This document shows positions 9,163-15,232 of a stretch of 24,000 bases of DNA, one piece after another. The first letter of the stretch is position 1; the number at the start of each line of letters is the position of its first letter. The translations under genes and the position numbers were made by a program. The stretch comes from Frateuria defendens. GTDB lineage: Bacteria; Pseudomonadota; Gammaproteobacteria; Xanthomonadales; Rhodanobacteraceae. Where the stretch lies: NCBI RefSeq assembly GCF_001182895.1, contig NZ_LFQR01000002.1, forward strand, positions 1 to 24,000, written 5' to 3'. The notes under the pieces were generated by a model. The model was not told the origin of the DNA and searched no databases. It saw nothing but the letters and a program-made list of their open reading frames with translations.

Positions 9163-9813
9163 CGATCTCCCCTGCGGGCAATCGGGACATTACGGCCCTA
9201 CAGGGCACGACATTGCCACCGGATGCCGCAGGCCAGGTGCGCTGCGCAGGGGCAAGACCTTCAATCGCGTGCCGCGCAGCATGCTACGGCCTGCGGGCAA
9301 AGTCACTACGGCTCGCGGGGCGCACAGCGATAAAGCGATCACCCGTACCGATCGTTCATGATCAGCGCGCCGACATCCTGACCGGCGTGAGACTATCGTT
9401 TGGAATCGGACAGAAGCGGACGTTGAGGAAGCGCAACCTCCCCCAGCTTTTTTTGGTATGACACATCAGCAAGTGGACGCGTCTCTGCGGTTGTTCGAAT
9501 CCGACGGCTGTGCGCGACATCAACGCGCTTGTCGGGCTTGGACTGCTTAAGCGTGGCGCCACTGGAGACCGTAGCATGAGCTACGAATTCGGCATGGCGC
9601 ACATCAAGCGGGGGTCACCTCAATCGGCCAGTCGTGACCAGAGTGCACGCACCTCAAACACCATGTTGCGACCGGAGAGGTGTTGGCTCGTCGGTTCGCT
9701 TCCAAACCTTCCACGTAATATCTGCTGCGCATTGAACACGAGTGGTGCATTTCTGCCGCTCGATCACTGAGATGCTTCTAGCTAGAATGGCCACAACCAG
9801 AGGAAGCGGTGGC

Positions 9814-10854
9814 ATGATAGAAGCAGTAGATCTCTTTTGTGGCGTGGGAGGACTTACCGCGGGCCTACGCGGTGAGGGCGTGCGGGTTCTCGCCGGCTAC
9901 GACATCGACTCCGCGTGCGAGTTTCCTTACCAGGAGAACAATGACGCCGAGTTCGTTCTGAAAGACGTTACCGAAGTGACGGTCGACGAGATTCGGTGCC
10001 GGTATACGCCCGGTGCTGTGCGACTGCTAGCGGGCTGCGCACCTTGCCAACCATTCTCGACATACAACCAAGGACGAGACACGAGCTCCGATCGAAAGTG
10101 GCCACTTCTCGATCAATTCGCCCGCCTGATCGAAGGGACCGCGCCCGACCTCGTAACCATGGAAAACGTCCCCGATGTCACCAAGCACGACGTATACCAC
10201 CGATTCGTTGCTACGCTGACCGACCGACCCGACCCCTACCATGTATGGGCCGGCACGGTGTCATGCGCGGACTACGGCCTACCCCAGCGACGCAAACGGC
10301 ACGTATTGTTGGCTTCTCGTCTTGGTCCAGTCGAATTGATTTCGCCAACTCACGCCGATCGACACATCACCGTGAAAGAAGCGATTGGCGCGTTACTGCC
10401 AGTAGCTGCCGGCGAAAGCGACCCCATCGACCCGCTGCACACAGCGTCGCGCCTCTCTGACATAAACATGAAGCGAATCAGGGCATCCAAGCCTGATGGA
10501 ACGTGGCGTGACTGGCCAAAACGGTTACGAGCAGCGTGTCACCAAAAAGCTTCTGGGAAGACGTATCCCGGTGTGTACGGCCGCATGTCCTGGGACAAGC
10601 CCAGCCCAACGATGACGACATTGTGCTATGGATATGGCAATGGCCGCTTTGGGCATCCTTCTCAGGACAGAGCCATCACCTTGCGTGAGGCTGCGTTGCT
10701 ACAAGCGTTTCCGCCAGACTACGTTTTCGTTCCACCTGACCAACCTGTCCACTTTCGCACGGTTGGTCGCATGATTGGCAACGCTGTTCCTGTTCGGCTT
10801 GGCGAGATCATCGCCAAGAGCCTACACCAGCATCTCGAACAACTGAGCCGCTGA
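9814..10854 (+). CDS. dcm: DNA (cytosine-5)-methyltransferase
   Basis: All canonical C5-MTase motifs are present: I DLFCGVGGLT, IV GCAPCQPFS (catalytic Cys), VI MENVPDV, VIII QRRKRHVLLAS, IX REAALLQAFPPDYVF, X IGNAVPVRLG. Preferred start is ATG 9814, with AGGAAG at 9801-9806. In-frame alternatives are ATG 9787, ATG 9772 and GTG 9742. Confidence 0.9.
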   Translation: MIEAVDLFCGVGGLTAGLRGEGVRVLAGYDIDSACEFPYQENNDAEFVLKDVTEVTVDEIRCRYTPGAVRLLAGCAPCQPFSTYNQGRDTSSDRKWPLLDQFARLIEGTAPDLVTMENVPDVTKHDVYHRFVATLTDRPDPYHVWAGTVSCADYGLPQRRKRHVLLASRLGPVELISPTHADRHITVKEAIGALLPVAAGESDPIDPLHTASRLSDINMKRIRASKPDGTWRDWPKRLRAACHQKASGKTYPGVYGRMSWDKPSPTMTTLCYGYGNGRFGHPSQDRAITLREAALLQAFPPDYVFVPPDQPVHFRTVGRMIGNAVPVRLGEIIAKSLHQHLEQLSR

Positions 10855-11260
10855 GCCCGAGTTCATCACGAAGGCGTACCCTGAGGCGGTTCGGAACGCG
10901 GGCTTCGCACTCCCATACGACGACTACACGCCAGCCGAGCTTTTCGAGTTCGGCTCGCTGTCGTACATCACGCGCCACGTTGGCTTCAAATTTCGTCCGC
11001 CAGAATTCGACGTTTGATTTCGGCTCGGATGCGAGACGGCAACCCGGGTGTCGATGCCAAAAGCACCCATGGACAAAGACCGCGACTCGGCGCCGAGGAA
11101 GGACGAGATCAGGAGACCCAGGGAGGTCCTTCCTGTGTAGACGAAACCGGCCACCCAGCGCATGCACCAGCTTCCGGACAATCAATTCGGGTCCGGTATG
11201 CTTTTGCCGCACACGGCCCATGTGCGCGCTTCGCTGGGGCGTTGTCAGCCTATCCGTCAA
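10808..11260 (-). CDS. vsr: Very-short-patch repair endonuclease (T:G mismatch nicking)
   Basis: 150 aa with the Vsr signature TGPELIVRKL...RFRLHRKDLPGSPDLVLPRRRVAVFVHGCFWHRH..C......PKSNVEFWRTKFEANVARD...LEKLGWRVVVVWECE. The only start that keeps the conserved N-terminal TPQRSAHM segment is TTG 11260. That start overlaps the upstream gene's end by 11 nt. Confidence 0.88.
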   Translation of the reverse strand: MTDRLTTPQRSAHMGRVRQKHTGPELIVRKLVHALGGRFRLHRKDLPGSPDLVLPRRRVAVFVHGCFWHRHPGCRLASEPKSNVEFWRTKFEANVARDVRQRAELEKLGWRVVVVWECEARVPNRLRVRLRDELGLSGSVVRDAGVGSWR

Positions 11261-13310
11261 GTGATGTCATCAACTCGTTCAAGCTGTTGAGCTCGGCAGT
11301 CGCTTCCATGTATTCGCCGTACGCCTGTTGAGCTCGGTGAATTAGCTCATCGTATTGAAGAATGCGCGATCCCGGTGAGACAAATCGCATCGCATTCTCA
11401 TAGTCTGCGTGATTGTGTTGTTGTTCCGGCACTGGCTGCCCAACGACGAACACAACTTCGATCGAAGGCATTGATTCCGCTTTCGCTTCACCGGTGCTCA
11501 CGAGCATCTTCTTTAGGTCATTGACGTAACCCTTACCCTGCGTCATCAACTCTTGGAGCGTAACCACCCTACCGGCCCGCTTGAGCTCGACAATGACGTG
11601 CTTTCCAGCGACCGTCTTGTATGCAATGTCCACTCTTCCGTTGCTCGTCTCGACATCGCGGTCAGCATGTGTCTCAGCAAACATCTTCGCCACACGCGTC
11701 TCCATGTACTCGGAGCCGGTCGCCCTCTCCCAGGACGGGTCAAGTAGCCAGAGTCGCTTGAAGATGTGCTGCTGGAGAACCTTTTCCTTTACGTTAAGGT
11801 CGACCGCCTTCTCAAGAGCCCGTATTGCTTCCAAACGCCCCGAGACAATGTCCCTATAGGCAGCACCTTCTACTGCATCATGATCAGCGAATAGGCGTAT
11901 CAGTTCGACAGACCCGCTTTCGATTGCCGAAGCCAGAGCATCGCTCATTCCCTTTAACTTCATCCGCTCGAAGCCGTAGATCGCATGCTTTAGCAACTGT
12001 CGACGTTCAGCTTCGTCATCAACGCGCAGACGTTCTACTACACCAATGACGCGACGCGCGTTGCGCTTCAGACCTTCGGAATCGAGCGATGCAATCCAAT
12101 TCCGTATTGCTGGGAATTCGTCCTCCACAACTGTCGGGTCGTCCATGCGGCGCCACTCCGTCCACTGCCTTTCGAGCTGCCCGAGCACCTTTTTGAGGTA
12201 TACGAGCAAATCCTCATACCGCTGATCGTCTTCGATCACGCGTTGGCGATCACTTGTCGCGATGTCCTGATCGCCGCTTTCGTCGAGAAAATCGACCTCG
12301 ATCTGGCCAGTCAGGTATTCCATGTAGTGGCGACTATCGGCAACCGCGCTGAGTATGTTTTCCTGGAACAACCGCCCTCTGGCGATGACCACGACGCCGT
12401 TCAGATTTCCGGCGGCGCCAGTGAGATCCTTTGGCTTGTACGCAGTGCCAAGCCAGCCGCGAACGCGCCGCGACGACTCCCACCCATCAAGCCGGCTATC
12501 GAGCGTCGATTCTCGCTTGACCGACTCCAGCCACTGTGGCTTCTTCCAGTCGCCTATCTTCCACAAATACTGACAAGCTGACAGGTCCCCGCGGTCCTTG
12601 GAGGTAACATCTTCGTCATTGATCGCGACAGTGAAGTCGTCCGTACCGATCACTGAGAATCGCCGGGCTAGGCGTTCACGAAGGTTCTTTGCGCGGACGC
12701 GGTGTTTCTTCAGGTCTCGCAACACGATTCGTGTGCCAACCTTAGGCATTTCTTCCTTAAGGCTGTCGAGTACTTCTGGCCTGTAACGACCTTGCTCGTG
12801 CTTGCGCGCGCTTCCGGCAACGGCTTCGATATCCGCCAGCTTCATCTTGAGCCCGCAACACTCGCCATCTTTGGTAGAGAAGACGGACACCTCCTTCGCG
12901 ATGGAAAACGGCGCGAGTTTGCCGACACCCTTGCGCCCCATGACCGGGCGACCACCCGGCGTGCGATCGTCACCTTTCGCTCGCCGCCGGTAGCCCACAG
13001 TCAGAAACTTCTCGTTGACGTCGTTATGAGTCATGCCGACCCCGTTGTCAGCAATAACAATGCAGTCGCCTGGGACATCAATCTCAATGGACACCTTCTT
13101 GGCGTCGGCGTCCCATGCGTTCGCCACGAGCTCAGTCAGCACCGCCGGTACATTGCTGTAGAGGTTGATGCCGAGGTGGTCAAGCACACTGAGCTCAATG
13201 GAAAGCTCATAGCCCCCTATCACTTCCGACTCGTCTTCAGCGTTCTCCTCAGGGACCAGCACCTCGTCCTCGTCGACCACCTCGCTCTGAGCAACTAGCT
13301 CCTTGTTCAT
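11250..13310 (-). CDS. MORC/MutL-like GHKL ATPase (HATPase_c_3 type) fused to a C-terminal PD-(D/E)xK, Shedu/DUF4263-like nuclease domain; candidate restriction/defence effector
   Basis: ATG 13310 has GGGGAG 6 nt upstream; the ORF extends to 13451, but that part looks non-coding. GHKL motifs: N-box ELVANAWDA, G1 DNGVGM, G2 GRKGVGKLAPFS, then GTRIVLRDL. MORC-like NGVVVIARGRLF follows. C-terminal EKVLQQHIFKRLWLLDPSWE...GRVDIAY...HVIVELKR gives a D...ExK nuclease core. Confidence 0.8.
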   Translation of the reverse strand: MNKELVAQSEVVDEDEVLVPEENAEDESEVIGGYELSIELSVLDHLGINLYSNVPAVLTELVANAWDADAKKVSIEIDVPGDCIVIADNGVGMTHNDVNEKFLTVGYRRRAKGDDRTPGGRPVMGRKGVGKLAPFSIAKEVSVFSTKDGECCGLKMKLADIEAVAGSARKHEQGRYRPEVLDSLKEEMPKVGTRIVLRDLKKHRVRAKNLRERLARRFSVIGTDDFTVAINDEDVTSKDRGDLSACQYLWKIGDWKKPQWLESVKRESTLDSRLDGWESSRRVRGWLGTAYKPKDLTGAAGNLNGVVVIARGRLFQENILSAVADSRHYMEYLTGQIEVDFLDESGDQDIATSDRQRVIEDDQRYEDLLVYLKKVLGQLERQWTEWRRMDDPTVVEDEFPAIRNWIASLDSEGLKRNARRVIGVVERLRVDDEAERRQLLKHAIYGFERMKLKGMSDALASAIESGSVELIRLFADHDAVEGAAYRDIVSGRLEAIRALEKAVDLNVKEKVLQQHIFKRLWLLDPSWERATGSEYMETRVAKMFAETHADRDVETSNGRVDIAYKTVAGKHVIVELKRAGRVVTLQELMTQGKGYVNDLKKMLVSTGEAKAESMPSIEVVFVVGQPVPEQQHNHADYENAMRFVSPGSRILQYDELIHRAQQAYGEYMEATAELNSLNELMTSLDG

Positions 13311-13798
13311 TCGCGACTCCCCACTGCCAGATTCGTTGTTGATTTTCGCATTTCCACAACATTTGGAGTCTCGCGCACCTGATGACCTGGGTGGGTTCTT
13401 CTCCGTTAGTGCGGATACTTCCAAGAAGCCCTCGAACACGCCAGGCCTCACCGTCCGCTACGGGTCGATTTCTGCCGGTCGACAGCAACACGCTACTGAT
13501 CATACTGATCAGCGAGACGATCATGGGCGATCGGTCGCGTGATGCGTTAGTTGCGTTACCGCATTCGCGGCGGCGATGAGTGGATGCGCGCCGTGGCAAT
13601 CCATCGCGTGCGCTCCTTCCCTGCGAAGACCATTGCACCCGCGATACCGCATCGCAAGCCACCCTCGGCACCCACGCCTGCCTTGACCCTGGTCCAGCCC
13701 ACGCCGCAGCATACGCAGCCTTGGCCTTCTTTCTCTTTTGCCGCGCGCCGGCGTGGCGCGAGCTTAAGGATCGAGGCCGGGAATCGCGATGTCACCGG

Positions 13799-15232
13799 AT
13801 GAGCGCCATGAGCGGACCCGAGGCCACCTCCCTGCGTCACCTCCCCGCGGTCGCCGCCGTGCTGGCCACGGCCGAGGCGGCTCCGCTGCTGGAGCGGCAC
13901 GGGCGCGCCGCCACCACCGACGCCATCCGCCAGGCCATCGACGCGGCGCGCGAGGCCCTGCGCGCCGCGCCCGCCACGGCGCCGAGCGCCGCCGAGCTGG
14001 CGCAGCGGGCCCAGGGGCTGCTGGAATCGCGCGCGCCCAGCCTGCGCCCGCTGTTCAACCTCACCGGCACCGTGCTGCACACCAATCTCGGCCGCGCCGT
14101 GCTGGCCGAGGCCGCCGTCGAGGCGGCGGTGGCCGCGATGCGCCACGCGGTGGCGCTGGAATACGACCTGGACAGCGGCACGCGCGGCGAGCGCGACGAT
14201 CACCTGCGCGCCCTGCTGTGCGAGCTGACCGGCGCGCAGGACGCCACCGTGGTCAACAACAACGCCGCCGCCGTGCTGCTCTGCCTCAACACGCTCGCGC
14301 TCGGGCGCGAGGCCGTGGTGTCGCGCGGCGAGCTGATCGAGATCGGTGGCGCCTTCCGCATGCCCGACATCATGGCGCGCGCCGGCGCGCGCATGGTCGA
14401 GGTGGGCACCACCAACCGCACCCATCCGGCCGACTACCGCGACGCCCTCAACGCGGACACCGGCGTCGTGCTCAAGGTGCACACCTCCAACTACCGCATC
14501 CAGGGCTTCACCGCGGAAGTCGGCGCGCGCAAGCTGGCCGCGCTCGCCGATGCCGCCGGCGTGCCGCTGCTCAACGACCTCGGCTCCGGCACCCTCGTCG
14601 ATCTCTCCCGCTACGGGCTCGCCAAAGAACCCACCGTGCGCCAGGCCGTGGCCGAGGGCGCGCGGCTGGTCACCTTCTCGGGCGACAAGCTGCTGGGCGG
14701 CCCGCAGGCCGGCTTCATCGTCGGCGACCGCGCGCTGATCGCGCGGATCAACCGCAACCCGCTCAAGCGCGCGCTGCGCGTGGACAAGCTGCGCCTGGCC
14801 GCCATCGAGGCCACGCTGAACCTGTACCGCGATCCCGACCGCCTCGCCGAACGGCTGCCCACCCTGCGCTTCCTGGCCCGCGACAAGGCCGGCATCGAGG
14901 CCCAGGCGCGCCGCCTGCTCCCGGCCGTGGCCGAGCGGCTCGGCATGGCCTTCGCGGTCGAGGTCGGCGACTGCCTGAGCCAGGTCGGCTCCGGCGCCCT
15001 GCCGCTGGATACCCTCGCCAGCGCCGCGCTGCGGATCCGCCCGCGCGGCAGCCAGCGCGAACTCGAACAGCTGGCCGCGGCGTTGCGCGCCTTGCCGCGC
15101 CCGATCGTCGGCCGCGTCGCCGACGGCGCCCTGCGCCTGGACCTGCGCTGCCTGGCCGAAACCGACGAAACACCGTTCCTGGCCTCCCTCGCGCAACTCG
15201 ACACCGGCAGCCTGGCCGCGCACGACCCATGA
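13799..15232 (+). CDS. selA: L-seryl-tRNA(Sec) selenium transferase (selenocysteine synthase)
   Basis: 477 aa from ATG 13799 (alternative ATG 13808). The N-terminal [11 protein letters not shown] resembles E. coli SelA LYSQLPAIDRLL. The PLP-lysine motif [17 protein letters not shown] is present. The first 73 codons of ORF 13580..15232 are not SelA-like. Confidence 0.92.
   Translation: MSAMSGPEATSLRHLPAVAAVLATAEAAPLLERHGRAATTDAIRQAIDAAREALRAAPATAPSAAELAQRAQGLLESRAPSLRPLFNLTGTVLHTNLGRAVLAEAAVEAAVAAMRHAVALEYDLDSGTRGERDDHLRALLCELTGAQDATVVNNNAAAVLLCLNTLALGREAVVSRGELIEIGGAFRMPDIMARAGARMVEVGTTNRTHPADYRDALNADTGVVLKVHTSNYRIQGFTAEVGARKLAALADAAGVPLLNDLGSGTLVDLSRYGLAKEPTVRQAVAEGARLVTFSGDKLLGGPQAGFIVGDRALIARINRNPLKRALRVDKLRLAAIEATLNLYRDPDRLAERLPTLRFLARDKAGIEAQARRLLPAVAERLGMAFAVEVGDCLSQVGSGALPLDTLASAALRIRPRGSQRELEQLAAALRALPRPIVGRVADGALRLDLRCLAETDETPFLASLAQLDTGSLAAHDP

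Larger units (their letters stand above)
9348..13534. other. Horizontally acquired lower-GC island (methyltransferase / GHKL-nuclease / Vsr module), no mobility gene visible
   Basis: Hand-counted GC of 60-nt lines is about 55-58% inside (10501, 11281, 12001) and about 68-72% outside (8401, 14041). Third-codon-position GC bias is weaker inside. The edges coincide with a 14/16 inverted repeat, CCGATCGTTCATGATC (9348-9363) versus the reverse complement of 13519-13534. Confidence 0.6.

Noticed and set aside
7895-9333. + strand ORFs 7895..8950, 7917..8678 and 8116..9333 opposite the permease gene
   Set aside because: The translations are Pro/Arg/Ala/Ser-rich. The ORFs begin inside the REP-like repeat and are antisense to a clearly membrane-protein-like frame.
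9484-9512. Possible tRNA gene or tRNA 3' fragment (GTTCGAATCC at 9493-9502) as an att site
   Set aside because: The flanking bases do not form a T-stem or acceptor stem. There is no cloverleaf and no matching repeat at the other island edge or at selC or tRNA-Ser. It is retained only as a weak note inside the debris finding.
13311-13451. N-terminal extension of the GHKL-nuclease ORF to 13451 (47 extra codons), and similar extensions of the alaS (to 22425), selD (to 18839), peptidase (from 283), selA (from 13580), fdnI (from 5824) and fdhE (from 6426) ORFs
   Set aside because: The extensions lack family-like sequence and overlap neighbouring genes or terminators. In each case an internal start with a Shine-Dalgarno motif or a stop-start overlap gives a product of the expected family length.
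9348-13534. Idea that the MTase is XorII/PvuI-like (CGATCG), because CGATCG occurs at both island edges and four more times inside
   Set aside because: CGATCG is equally common in the flanking host DNA; I found copies near 5697, 6750, 7264, 8305, 8386 and 8722. There is therefore no enrichment, and specificity cannot be inferred from this window. GATC overall is also not depleted in the island.
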